Shown: piece after piece, positions 16,326-25,393 of the stretch | Position numbering within the stretch: position 1 is the first letter of the stretch | Layout of the letters: the number at the start of each line of letters is the position of its first letter | IMG/VR virus record: IMGVR_UViG_3300048591_000147 | Location: 124,001 to 188,000 of that record | Direction: 5' to 3' (one strand) | Length of the DNA stretch: 64,000 nt | The notes under the pieces: generated by a model | Databases searched by the model: none | Told to the model about the DNA's origin: nothing | Seen by the model: only the letters and a program-made list of their open reading frames with translations | Made by a program: the position numbers and the translations under genes

Positions 16326-17561
16326 ATGAGTGACAAAAGTACGACCAATTATATGTTTTCTGGTGATAGAGATGGACATATTCCCAGAAAAATATTCTCA
16401 AATGCATTTGGCGTAGACTACACAGACATCATGGAAATCGATTGTATCGATAATATTTCACTGGAAGATGTTGAGGGTATTATAGAAAAATTGCGACCTG
16501 TCATGGGCGACCACAAAAAGTATCGTCAAGCACATTTGAGTGTGCCTGCCGGTGATTCATCATTAGATACAGGTGACGATGATGACGATGATGACGATGA
16601 TTGTAAAAAGCATACATGTTTAACTGACAAGGTGTCCCTAGATGTCGGCTCTATTCTATATCTATTTGAAAGTGCGCACTTATTGATATACAATCAATAT
16701 TATGCTGGTGCGAAGTATTCGTCATTCAAGATTTTCTCCGATAATACTGTTGATCAAAGCATATTAAAGCTGTTCGTGGAGGCTGCTTGCCTGCTGGGTG
16801 AACAGAATACTGCCGCAATGCCAGAGGATAAGCGCCATGCTTCATTCTCCATGATCGTGAAAGGTCAGGAAGGTTATGAGACATCATCATTTAGATATGA
16901 TTATAAGAAGTTCAACAATTTACGAGTTGAGACTCATTACAACAGTGATTTTGAACCAATCAACGAAAAGATTATTAAGCACATAAACGAAAAGAAGTCT
17001 TCTGGCATCGTCATACTCCATGGCATTCCCGGTACTGGTAAGACCACATATTTAAGATACTTAATATCTAAATGTAAAAAGAACATTATTTACTTACCAC
17101 CAGACATGACAAATTATTTGTCCGATCCCGGCTTTATTAGTTTCATGAAACAACAAGTGAATTGCGTATTCATTGTTGAAGACGCTGAAGAAATTCTCAA
17201 AAAGCGCGGAGAGACTAATAACTCTGGAGCAGTGTCAAATATCCTGAATGTGTCTGACGGTATTCTAGCTGATGTTTTGCATTTCAATTTCATCTTCACG
17301 ATCAATTGTGAAATCGATCAGATTGATAGTGCGCTTAAGCGTCCCGGTAGATTGGTTGCTGAGTACAAGTTTTCGGAACTAGGTTATAATAAAACATCTG
17401 AATTAATATTTGAACTATATCCTGACGCGGCAGAAGAATTGATTAAGCACATTCCAAAGAATGGTCTTACGCTTGCTCAAATATATAATCTTAATGAGAC
17501 TGCATATCTGTACACTCCTAAAAAGAATGGTATTGGATTTACAGCTAACATAGGAGGATAA
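16326..17561 (+). CDS. AAA+ ATPase
   Basis: Walker A GIPGTGKT, Walker B FIVEDAE, ILNVSDG, ALKRPGR arginine finger; start estimated. Confidence 0.9.
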   Translation: MSDKSTTNYMFSGDRDGHIPRKIFSNAFGVDYTDIMEIDCIDNISLEDVEGIIEKLRPVMGDHKKYRQAHLSVPAGDSSLDTGDDDDDDDDDCKKHTCLTDKVSLDVGSILYLFESAHLLIYNQYYAGAKYSSFKIFSDNTVDQSILKLFVEAACLLGEQNTAAMPEDKRHASFSMIVKGQEGYETSSFRYDYKKFNNLRVETHYNSDFEPINEKIIKHINEKKSSGIVILHGIPGTGKTTYLRYLISKCKKNIIYLPPDMTNYLSDPGFISFMKQQVNCVFIVEDAEEILKKRGETNNSGAVSNILNVSDGILADVLHFNFIFTINCEIDQIDSALKRPGRLVAEYKFSELGYNKTSELIFELYPDAAEELIKHIPKNGLTLAQIYNLNETAYLYTPKKNGIGFTANIGG

Positions 17562-17565
17562 TGTA

Positions 17566-18072
17566 ATGCATCAGAATGTAGAAGCTGGCGACGATAAATT
17601 CCAAAATTATTGTATGGCGTGGGGAGTTGATGGTATATCATTTAATCAATTTAAATTCATATGCACTAGTAAATGCTGGAACGACTATACGAAGTCTTCC
17701 AAATTAATGGAAACCGTATGCGATGTATTGAAAATAACGGATTTACTTGACAATTTCACAGTGTCACCGTCTTTTAATGACACACTACCATCAACATTGA
17801 CATACTCAGTTAATTTTGATGATGGGCGCATGTTATATCTAGGTATGGATATCGCCCACGATATTAACACTGGCATTTATAATGTGTACATAACAGAGTA
17901 TGATGCCAGATTGTGTGAATCTAAGGATAGATCTGCATACCATTACAGTAATATATTTGGTCCGTTCTTCGATGATATGCCGCTAAACAATCAAGAGTTG
18001 TATGAGAAGACTCGAATGTGGCATACTGGTATTTCGAAACATTTAAGGAATATATCAAATGTTAGTAACTGA
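17566..18072 (+). CDS. Hypothetical protein
   Basis: GGAGG RBS, 168 aa. Confidence 0.65.
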   Translation: MHQNVEAGDDKFQNYCMAWGVDGISFNQFKFICTSKCWNDYTKSSKLMETVCDVLKITDLLDNFTVSPSFNDTLPSTLTYSVNFDDGRMLYLGMDIAHDINTGIYNVYITEYDARLCESKDRSAYHYSNIFGPFFDDMPLNNQELYEKTRMWHTGISKHLRNISNVSN

Positions 18073-18541
18073 CCTGTTTTCATATGCGAATATACATTTT
18101 GAACGTTACCGAGACTCTGCGTATGGTGAATTACACAACTACTATAACACGGACGTAGGGAAGATTCATTTAATGTTGAATTCTGTAGATAATAAACTTC
18201 AATTAGCACAAACCCTCGCGGATAAGTATGAAGATTATATCGATGTTATTAAACTGGCTATCGACTGTTCACTGAAGTTATTCACTGATGCCAAGATAGC
18301 TTTTAGGTTATATGACATCAACTCATTTCTGGATTCGTCCGGTATGATCGTGTTAGGATGGAATATTGATAACAAAGAGTACAACTTTGTAATCGTAGGC
18401 AATGTTAATTATGGTCCGTATTATAAAATTGGTGCCAATGATGGCGAGCATGTGGTTCTTGGTTCAATAGCTAAAGAATTCGAATTCGATAATCCTTTAC
18501 CCGTTTGGTTTATCGATGCTATGAAAACGGGATATTGCTAA
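18059..18541 (+). CDS. Hypothetical protein
   Basis: Coupled ORF with AAGGA RBS. Confidence 0.65.
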   Translation: MLVTDLFSYANIHFERYRDSAYGELHNYYNTDVGKIHLMLNSVDNKLQLAQTLADKYEDYIDVIKLAIDCSLKLFTDAKIAFRLYDINSFLDSSGMIVLGWNIDNKEYNFVIVGNVNYGPYYKIGANDGEHVVLGSIAKEFEFDNPLPVWFIDAMKTGYC

Positions 18542-18552
18542 GGAAATAAAAA

Positions 18553-18867
18553 ATGTCTGAAGTCTTTTGTGCTAGATTAGCTAGCGGTGAACATATAATT
18601 GGGTTGATTAAATCAGCAGATAGTGAACACAATACTATCAATTTAGAAAATGCATTGTTGGTAAATATCGTACCAACGGATAATGGTTATGGCGTGCAAT
18701 TTATGCCTGTCTCCCCATTGGCAAGACCGCCACTGGACAAAGGTTCTAGTGTTGTTTTGAACCTATCTCAGGTGCTGTACGGTATGGAATATGATGAAAA
18801 TCTAGTGAATAACTATAAGCAAAATGTATCAAGTATAATCACTGGCAGTCTGTTTACGGGGCGATAA
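18553..18867 (+). CDS. Sm-like fold protein (T4-like phage family)
   Basis: RLASGEHIIG...LENALLV...GVQFMP pattern. Confidence 0.55.
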   Translation: MSEVFCARLASGEHIIGLIKSADSEHNTINLENALLVNIVPTDNGYGVQFMPVSPLARPPLDKGSSVVLNLSQVLYGMEYDENLVNNYKQNVSSIITGSLFTGR

Positions 18868-19144
18868 TGCCAGTGCTAACATATAACTGATGCGACATTT
18901 CATTCATTGCGTCTTTTATGGCTTTCGTGTCCCAATCATTCGGGTGTTGATCATACATCAAGTATGTCGCACCCGTTTGTTTTTGTTGAGCCAGCCAAAA
19001 ATTCACTCCGCACAAATACAGTTTGTTATCGATATTTGTCGGTGCCTTTGTAACCCGATTCTTAAACAGAATGAACTCTATTATCTCCCCTGACATGTTT
19101 GATGGGGTTTTTATTATCTTTACTTGTTGAATTTCTTGTTCCAT
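18854..19144 (-). CDS. Hypothetical protein
   Basis: 96-aa ORF. Confidence 0.55.
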   Translation of the reverse strand: MEQEIQQVKIIKTPSNMSGEIIEFILFKNRVTKAPTNIDNKLYLCGVNFWLAQQKQTGATYLMYDQHPNDWDTKAIKDAMNEMSHQLYVSTGIIAP

Positions 19145-19355
19145 ATTTACGCCTTAGATATGAGTGGACTACTAGGAATTGATAAGATGGTAAGAATTTT
19201 ACCACATAATCTTTGATATCATTATTATAGCAAAACGAATGATGTCGTTCGTAGAGTATTGCAATATTGCTATTTATGTCCTGCAATATCAGTACATCTG
19301 CTGGGGGTTCGCCTTTTTCTTGATCGATAACACTATGCCACCACTCTTCTATCAT
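19062..19355 (-). CDS. Hypothetical protein
   Basis: 97-aa ORF overlapping the next gene. Confidence 0.45.
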   Translation of the reverse strand: MIEEWWHSVIDQEKGEPPADVLILQDINSNIAILYERHHSFCYNNDIKDYVVKFLPSYQFLVVHSYLRRKYGTRNSTSKDNKNPIKHVRGDNRVHSV

Positions 19356-19399
19356 TTCCCATCCATAAATATAGTTACAAATATATTTATGGATGGGAA

Positions 19400-19993
19400 A
19401 TGCATTTACTAAAAAATATTCTTTTAATAGAAACTCAGAAAAACACTGAGAGAGAAGTCAGAACCAGTATTGAGCTAATCAATAAGGTATATAATGATTG
19501 GCGCCTTACAGGTAGACGAAAAAATGCTATTGATTTAGTATCATCTTCTACTAACAGAATTTCTGCTATATCACCCGCTATATTGCCGCATCTTCATGAT
19601 GCCGGTGTAATGAAATTGGCATTTATTCTTATGCGATGCATGGACTTGGCGTCTTGGAAAGACGTAAGCTCTAAATCTAGAACCTATAAAAGATTATTTC
19701 CATTGATTGATAGATTACAACATTTGGATATGCAGACTGGGACGGGCGGTACATTGCGTCAAGTAATAATGACCAGACTTAGTGCTTCTCTTTCTTATAA
19801 CGATGAAGATAAATTATCTGTGTTTGTTGCATACGAACCAACCATTACCAAATCATATCTTAACTACTTGTTTTTAAACGAATTACCAAAGAAAACGGTG
19901 AAGATGCATGCACTACCCCTACCAGAATCTTTCGATACTCTGGTAGGGGTTTTAGAAATTAATCACAAAAAGGCTAAATCAAATCTCAAGTAA
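19400..19993 (+). CDS. Putative late/capsid-internal protein
   Basis: TAAATA 19366; N-terminus MHLLKNILLIE. Confidence 0.6.
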   Translation: MHLLKNILLIETQKNTEREVRTSIELINKVYNDWRLTGRRKNAIDLVSSSTNRISAISPAILPHLHDAGVMKLAFILMRCMDLASWKDVSSKSRTYKRLFPLIDRLQHLDMQTGTGGTLRQVIMTRLSASLSYNDEDKLSVFVAYEPTITKSYLNYLFLNELPKKTVKMHALPLPESFDTLVGVLEINHKKAKSNLK

Positions 19994-20761
19994 TGAGACT
20001 GGATTACATGAAGTATATTCTCCAGTGTATCCAACTGGATTGCACACCACAATAGTTTTATAATTTTCGTAAACAACCGCCTGATGACTATGACCGTGCG
20101 CCCACAAAGCTATATCATAATCATAAAACAAATCGTCTAATGCAGAGTAATATGCCGTGTTGACATTACTATTCTCCCTATAATATGGGTGAATGGAGTT
20201 TATCGATGGTGCATGATGTGTCATAACAACGTTTTTCTGACCTTCAAAATTGTACAGACATTCTTTAATAAACTTTAAATGCTGTTTGTGTATAATCTCC
20301 ACCCTATCGGTGGTTAGTCTCTTCTTATATGGGTCACCTTTAGTACCATCCCGGATTACTCGGTAATCATTCATATAAGACGCTGCATTCCACTTATCAT
20401 TTGGGTTGCCACCGTTAAAGTCCGTCCACAGCGTAGCACCAATAAAGTTTACCCCATCTATGTTTCTGGTCTTAAGCTGAAGATAGGTGACGTTAGTGAA
20501 CTTGGAATAATATTCTTCCATCTTATCGTCAATGTTGATTATCGAACCACCGTAATATTCATGGTTTCCCGGAATCGCAAACGTGTGTTTGAACCTGTCA
20601 AACAACTCTTGATTCAGAAACCATTCATGTGCCCTATTCCTTTTTATGGACATTAAATCGCCCGGTAATAGTAGAATAGTGTCCTTATCCGTATCTAAAT
20701 GACTGATCTCAAATTTACCGCCATTCTCCAAATGTATATCACTAAAAATTCTTATAAACAT
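19979..20761 (-). CDS. Calcineurin-like metallophosphoesterase
   Basis: SDIHLE, PGD, PGNHEYY, THHAP, HGHSH motifs. Confidence 0.92.
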   Translation of the reverse strand: MFIRIFSDIHLENGGKFEISHLDTDKDTILLLPGDLMSIKRNRAHEWFLNQELFDRFKHTFAIPGNHEYYGGSIINIDDKMEEYYSKFTNVTYLQLKTRNIDGVNFIGATLWTDFNGGNPNDKWNAASYMNDYRVIRDGTKGDPYKKRLTTDRVEIIHKQHLKFIKECLYNFEGQKNVVMTHHAPSINSIHPYYRENSNVNTAYYSALDDLFYDYDIALWAHGHSHQAVVYENYKTIVVCNPVGYTGEYTSCNPVSLLEI

Positions 20762-20807
20762 AATGATTCCTATAAATATTGTATATTAGCAGAGAACATA
20801 TTATATC

Positions 20808-21536
20808 ATGAGTCAGATCAAAAGACAATTCGGTTTCATACAACAGCCAGATAGCAGAGATCAGTTATTTTCGGTATCACCACTATTGATGGAGACATCA
20901 TTTATAACAGAGAAATACTGGTGGGCGGATGGTTGGTGGGGCGATCAAGGTTCAAGCTCTTGCTGTGTGGCATTTAGCTGGTCACATTGGATGGAGGATG
21001 GTCCAGTGATTCAGGATGCATTACCTGCGACTAGATCCAAACCATTATTAGATCCTTATAAATTTTATACTGCTTGTCAGCAGCGAGATGATTGGGCTGG
21101 AACCGCATATAACGGCACATCCGTTAGAGCAGCAGCAAAAATCCTTAAAGAATTGAACATCATAAAAGAGTATCGTTGGGCTACTAATCTAACAGAAGTC
21201 ATAAACACGTTGCTGAATCTAGGTCCGATGGTAGTTGGCACTAAATGGTATGATGGTATGAATACTCCTAAGTCGGATGGATATGTTACTGCCACTGGCA
21301 CGAATAATGGTGGACATGCTTATGTTCTGAACGGTGTCAATACCGTAAAGAAAGTGATCAGGATAAAAAATTCTTGGGGCCAGCAATGGGGCAAAGGTGG
21401 ACACGCTTTTATAAAATTTGCAGACTTTGAGAAGATATTGGGTGACAGTGGTAGCGCAGCCTGCATCGCATTTGAGAATAAGTTAAGAACTGTTCCTTTA
21501 TTAGAGAGTCTATCTCCACCACCTGCAAATGGTTAA
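20808..21536 (+). CDS. Papain-like cysteine peptidase (C1)
   Basis: DQGSSSCCVAF (oxyanion Gln, catalytic Cys), GGHA, KNSWG; TATAAATA at 20771. Confidence 0.88.
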   Translation: MSQIKRQFGFIQQPDSRDQLFSVSPLLMETSFITEKYWWADGWWGDQGSSSCCVAFSWSHWMEDGPVIQDALPATRSKPLLDPYKFYTACQQRDDWAGTAYNGTSVRAAAKILKELNIIKEYRWATNLTEVINTLLNLGPMVVGTKWYDGMNTPKSDGYVTATGTNNGGHAYVLNGVNTVKKVIRIKNSWGQQWGKGGHAFIKFADFEKILGDSGSAACIAFENKLRTVPLLESLSPPPANG

Positions 21537-21539
21537 AGA

Positions 21540-21563
21540 AAAAAGCCCCTTTCGGGGCTTTTT
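21540..21563. terminator. Bidirectional terminator, identical to 22038-22061
   Basis: AAAAAGCCCC-TTTC-GGGGCTTTTT between convergent genes. Confidence 0.9.
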
Positions 21564-22015
21564 TATAATCTAATTAACTTATCTTTTATCCTACCTATGA
21601 CCGCATTCTTCATGAATGATTTCGCTTTATCCGGGATTTGTAATGTGCTCTGGTTTATTTTCTCAATAAACATGTGACCAACTATAGCTCTAGTTGTTGG
21701 ATCTTTTATATCCTGCGCATGCTTAATTAATTGATGATACCTGACCACGAAGCCTGATACTTTTTGAGTCACTTTTTCTTCATTTATTTCATTCAATATG
21801 GCAGCCAATGTCACCGCAGCAGGGGAATCTCCAAAAGTGAAAGGGTCTAAAACGTTCTTATTTGTAAGTTCCCTTTTCCATTCTCCATTTGGTGGACCAC
21901 AATTACACCGATCCGCACCACAATAAACAAAGCAGTGTTTTGTTTTTCGCCATCTACCATATTCGTCATAGTAGCCCCAACCCATTTCAACATCATTCTT
22001 ATCGATTATAGCCAT
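21563..22015 (-). CDS. Hypothetical protein with Cys-rich N-terminal module
   Basis: HCFVYCGADRCNC; GAGGG RBS. Confidence 0.65.
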   Translation of the reverse strand: MAIIDKNDVEMGWGYYDEYGRWRKTKHCFVYCGADRCNCGPPNGEWKRELTNKNVLDPFTFGDSPAAVTLAAILNEINEEKVTQKVSGFVVRYHQLIKHAQDIKDPTTRAIVGHMFIEKINQSTLQIPDKAKSFMKNAVIGRIKDKLIRL

Positions 22016-22037
22016 AATATTCCCTCTAGTGTGAATG

Positions 22038-22061
22038 AAAAAGCCCCTTTCGGGGCTTTTT
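22038..22061 (-). terminator. Terminator after the Ro60 gene
   Basis: AAAAAGCCCC-TTTC-GGGGCTTTTT. Confidence 0.9.
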
Positions 22062-22066
22062 CTTTT

Positions 22067-23656
22067 TTACAATGACGCGATGATTCTTGGTACATCTGGT
22101 GAGAACCCCACTACATCCAACTGCTTAGGATCTTTTGGATCAGCAATTGTGAACTGTGTTGCGGTTGTAGCACACACAATCAAGCCAGAGTTCTTTCTCG
22201 CTGCATTACGATAATGCTGTAGTGCCTGAGAAGGATGACCATTTGCACCGAAATAAGTTTCGGAGTCTGTTATAACCACGAACTTATCAACGTCCAGCTT
22301 GTTCTGAGTAGCATATACCATTGGCAATGCACAGTCAGTTGCTCCGAACCCTAAACGCTGAGCCTTACGGATTGCGTCTTCGATTCTTGACTTATATGTG
22401 ATATCCAATTCAACAAACTTATGTGAAAAACCCATAATTACAGAATTCTGATTCTGTTTGTTGATTGCCATCGCCAATGCTACTGAAGCTTCTGCTGCTG
22501 AGAAGTTTGGAATACCAGCCACCTGACTTCCCATCATGCTTCCCGAGATGTCAACACCTAACAAATAATTTTCATTAGTTGGTTCGATATTGTCAAATGA
22601 ATTATAAAATGCGTCTTGCAACGAATCCATAATTCTCGCTGATGGTGTCCAGACATTGGAACCCTTCAAACCACGACCGCTGCCATAAATCTTGCTTGCG
22701 ATCAGAATTGAGATAGGGTGAATTCTGCTCTTTGCCAACCACTCACGATTTGTCAACTTGCTAGCAACTAGCTTTTCACTAGCTGATAACTTGCTCAACA
22801 AACCATTTGAAGCCATGGTGCCCAAATTACGAAGCAGCGCTGTTGCAGGCATCTTTGGCAGCATCGCATCCCAGACTTCAGGACTGTTCAGAAACTGCGT
22901 TGGAAGCGCTTCACGGGGCAAATTATAGTCTTCAACCAACTTGACCACTTCTTTTACACTTGAAGCTGTTGTAGCCTTCAAATATCCGTGAACAATCGCT
23001 GGCAATTCAGCAGCTTCGATAGACGTATTCAATTTTGCAAACTTGAATAGATTGTTCTGAACTTCAGAATCTGCCTTCGCATGACATAGATGTAACACGT
23101 CATGATGTGACCAACCATCACGCTGACGGTACTTAACCAACTGGTACGCTAGCTGGTCAGCATCCTTATCCTTATACCATTTAGTCAACGCCTTACGCAC
23201 AGACGAACCGAAACCGCCACCCATCTGCTTGTACTGATCCACGAATGAGAAGAAGTCTGTTGAAGTTCTGCAAACCTTTGCCAAGTTAGCCAACGCTGCT
23301 TTCTTCACTTCTGGGTTACCATTCTTGACTGCGACAGCCAGTGCGAACACCGCTGGTGCATTCTTGACAGCTAAACCCTTATCAGATACTTCGGCAATAC
23401 GTTCTACAACACGTACACCGTCAGTAACCAATAACTTCAATAGGATTTCAGCATTGTCTGCTGACATCTTATTCGCTGATACATAATAAGAACCAGAGTT
23501 TGATCCTAAGATCAAGAAACGATCTAGCTGGTCCCAAATCGATGCTACGAAAGAATAACCACCAGCATTATTCTTTTCCTGATTTGAACCTACGATCTTC
23601 TGAGTCTGTGGTGTTGTTGCGCTCTTTGACAAGCTTGTTAACTTTGCGTATGACAT
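22067..23656 (-). CDS. rsr: Ro60/Rsr-like RNA-binding protein (TROVE plus vWA domains)
   Basis: NNAGGY, LDRFLILGS..GSYY, KYRQRDGWSHHD, ALLRNLG, MIDAS DISGSM, TDCALPM, ITDSET. Confidence 0.95.
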   Translation of the reverse strand: MSYAKLTSLSKSATTPQTQKIVGSNQEKNNAGGYSFVASIWDQLDRFLILGSNSGSYYVSANKMSADNAEILLKLLVTDGVRVVERIAEVSDKGLAVKNAPAVFALAVAVKNGNPEVKKAALANLAKVCRTSTDFFSFVDQYKQMGGGFGSSVRKALTKWYKDKDADQLAYQLVKYRQRDGWSHHDVLHLCHAKADSEVQNNLFKFAKLNTSIEAAELPAIVHGYLKATTASSVKEVVKLVEDYNLPREALPTQFLNSPEVWDAMLPKMPATALLRNLGTMASNGLLSKLSASEKLVASKLTNREWLAKSRIHPISILIASKIYGSGRGLKGSNVWTPSARIMDSLQDAFYNSFDNIEPTNENYLLGVDISGSMMGSQVAGIPNFSAAEASVALAMAINKQNQNSVIMGFSHKFVELDITYKSRIEDAIRKAQRLGFGATDCALPMVYATQNKLDVDKFVVITDSETYFGANGHPSQALQHYRNAARKNSGLIVCATTATQFTIADPKDPKQLDVVGFSPDVPRIIASL

Positions 23657-23702
23657 AGCGGCTTTCTCCTTTTATTTTCGGCCTGTTAAAACAGTCAATT
23701 TG

Positions 23703-24026
23703 TTAAATGAATAACTTTTCTTTCTTACCTTTTACACTTCTCGTGACATACTTTTTATCCGTCTGTTTGTCACGCATTACCTTTGAACGGCTAATGGAAT
23801 TGTTTCTGATGTTGAAAACTCTTCCATCATCACAAGAATAAAAATCTGTGTTCTTAACTTGTTTTGGTCTTGCTACTTCTTTCCAAGTTCTACCTTTCAC
23901 GACATCTCCGATGGTTGATTTGCCAACATCAAAATCGCTTGCAATCTCTGCATAGGTTTTTCCTATGATTGACTGTAATAGTATGAGCGGAATGTCGCTC
24001 CTAGCTAGGACACTATTTGATCGCAT
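23703..24026 (-). CDS. Small HTH DNA-binding protein upstream of rsr
   Basis: TYAEIASDFDVGKSTIGDVVKGRTW HTH; NUMOD4-like DGRVFN; sigma70 promoter TTGACA-N17-TATCAT just upstream on -. Confidence 0.65.
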   Translation of the reverse strand: MRSNSVLARSDIPLILLQSIIGKTYAEIASDFDVGKSTIGDVVKGRTWKEVARPKQVKNTDFYSCDDGRVFNIRNNSISRSKVMRDKQTDKKYVTRSVKGKKEKLFI

Positions 24027-24105
24027 AATTTTTTCTCCATATTGTGTTGAGGATGATATCTCGGTGTATCGTTACTGTCAACTAAATAACATAAACGAAC
24101 CAATT

Positions 24106-24216
24106 ATGAGAAAAAATATAAAACGAGGTATAGCAGTCATAGTCATTATAGGAATTACATTGTTTGTAAGTTCTATAAAAACTGTGATCTATTTTGTGGA
24201 TAAAAACGAGGGGTAA
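24106..24216 (+). CDS. 36-aa single-TM peptide (MRKNIKRGIAVIVIIG...)
   Basis: TAAATA 24083 upstream; basic N-terminus followed by a hydrophobic stretch. Confidence 0.45.
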   Translation: MRKNIKRGIAVIVIIGITLFVSSIKTVIYFVDKNEG

Positions 24217-24219
24217 AAC

Positions 24220-24294
24220 TGGAGCAAAATTCGGGAATCGAACCCGATTCTCTAGACTGGCAATCTAGGGCAACAACCAATATACCAATTTTGC
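24220..24294 (-). tRNA. tRNA-Gly(GCC)
   Basis: Cloverleaf: acceptor GCAAAAT/ATTTTGC, anticodon arm CTAGA-TTGCCAG-TCTAG, T arm TCGGG-TTCGATT-CCCGA, U73 and encoded CCA. Confidence 0.92.
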
Positions 24295-24302
24295 TTTTTA
24301 TC

Positions 24303-24393
24303 TGGCGGTTAGGGAGGGATTCGAACTCTCAAACCCATTGCTGGATCAAACAGCTTTCGAGACTGTGTAGTGCGCCAATACTATAGCCTAACC
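24303..24393 (-). tRNA. tRNA-Ser(CGA), atypical
   Basis: Acceptor GGTTAGG/CCTAACC, anticodon arm ACAGT-CTCGAAA-GCTGT, long variable arm, TTCGAAT loop, G73 and CCA. Confidence 0.88.
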
Positions 24394-24400
24394 AATTTTG

Positions 24401-24610
24401 TTACTTTTCGATCTTTTTTAACTTTTCGTAATAGTGTGGGTCTTCATTTAAGTGATCCAGCGCTATTTCCCTTGCCACATCAGCCTTCGATGTGTGTTCA
24501 TGTTCTACTTTTATACCACGCTGCAATTCAGATTGCAACCATGGCAATTCTACCTTAAATTTCTTAGCTATTTGCTCTATTGATGGAGTCTTTACGTCTA
24601 AAAGTTTCAT
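24401..24610 (-). CDS. DUF5661-like protein
   Basis: ELQRGIKVEHEHT...AREIALDHLNEDPHYYEKL. Confidence 0.75.
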   Translation of the reverse strand: MKLLDVKTPSIEQIAKKFKVELPWLQSELQRGIKVEHEHTSKADVAREIALDHLNEDPHYYEKLKKIEK

Positions 24611-24743
24611 AGTTTTTCATTTATTGTATCAAAGTATATATGCATAAAACCGATCTAAAATTCTACCACTCCATTTAAGTACAATTTTTATTCGATCTTC
24701 AAACTATCCACCCACCACGATGGACAACTATAGAGTGCATATT

Positions 24744-25088
24744 TTATTCGCTTTTAATGCTAGTTGAGCCTGTTGCTTTGTTCAACTGTTCCAACTTTTG
24801 TTGGTGTTCGTATATCATTTTATCTAATTCTTGTTGTCTGATATATTCCAATTCTTTGACTCTAGCGATCAGCCCTATATTACTATGACTGCCCAAAGCT
24901 AATGGGTCGTATCGTAATATCTTGACTAGGATTATTAGCAATAATGCCTGCCCGTAGTTTATAGTAGATACGATGTCGAGGTTGAATGATGGGATCACCA
25001 CATTCCATACCACCAATAGCATTGTCGCTTGTACCAATAGTGTTAATATTACATTTTGTAATGTTGCCATAATAGCTTTAATGTTCAT
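24744..25088 (-). CDS. Membrane protein (2 TM plus coiled coil)
   Basis: Hydrophobic N-terminal half. Confidence 0.6.
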   Translation of the reverse strand: MNIKAIMATLQNVILTLLVQATMLLVVWNVVIPSFNLDIVSTINYGQALLLIILVKILRYDPLALGSHSNIGLIARVKELEYIRQQELDKMIYEHQQKLEQLNKATGSTSIKSE

Positions 25089-25091
25089 AAT

Positions 25092-25364
25092 TTATGGGGT
25101 TATCACTTCGTCTGGATTGTACAACGTACCCAAGTATGTAGCAGCTTCGGTGTATGTGTCAAATGCCAACGCATCATCAACATATACCGTACCGCTATCA
25201 CCTATGTCAAGGAGATATAGGATCGTAGTCTGCGTAATATTTTCTTCGTCTTCATAAATCTTAATAGTTACTACCTTACATACACCCTTATAAATCGAAA
25301 AGGTTTCGGCATCTACATACCAAAATGTATTTCCGATCAATAACTCATAGTCTACGATATCCAT
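25092..25364 (-). CDS. Hypothetical late protein
   Basis: TAAATA on - strand at 25388-25393; AGGA RBS. Confidence 0.6.
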   Translation of the reverse strand: MDIVDYELLIGNTFWYVDAETFSIYKGVCKVVTIKIYEDEENITQTTILYLLDIGDSGTVYVDDALAFDTYTEAATYLGTLYNPDEVITP

Positions 25365-25393
25365 TATATTATCCTAATTAATGATATTATTTA

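Noticed and set aside
16575-16602. Poly-Asp microsatellite in the AAA ATPase as a phase-variation switch
   Set aside because: It is an in-frame mixed GAT/GAC triplet run, so slippage would not shift the frame.
24303-24393. Allo-tRNA (8/4) or selenocysteine/suppressor tRNA
   Set aside because: An eighth acceptor pair would be C-C, and the anticodon is CGA, not a stop-reading one.
23657-24744. Y RNA gene adjacent to rsr
   Set aside because: The flanking gaps are filled by a terminator, a promoter, small ORFs and two tRNAs; no Ro-binding stem could be recognised by eye. A covariance search is still needed.
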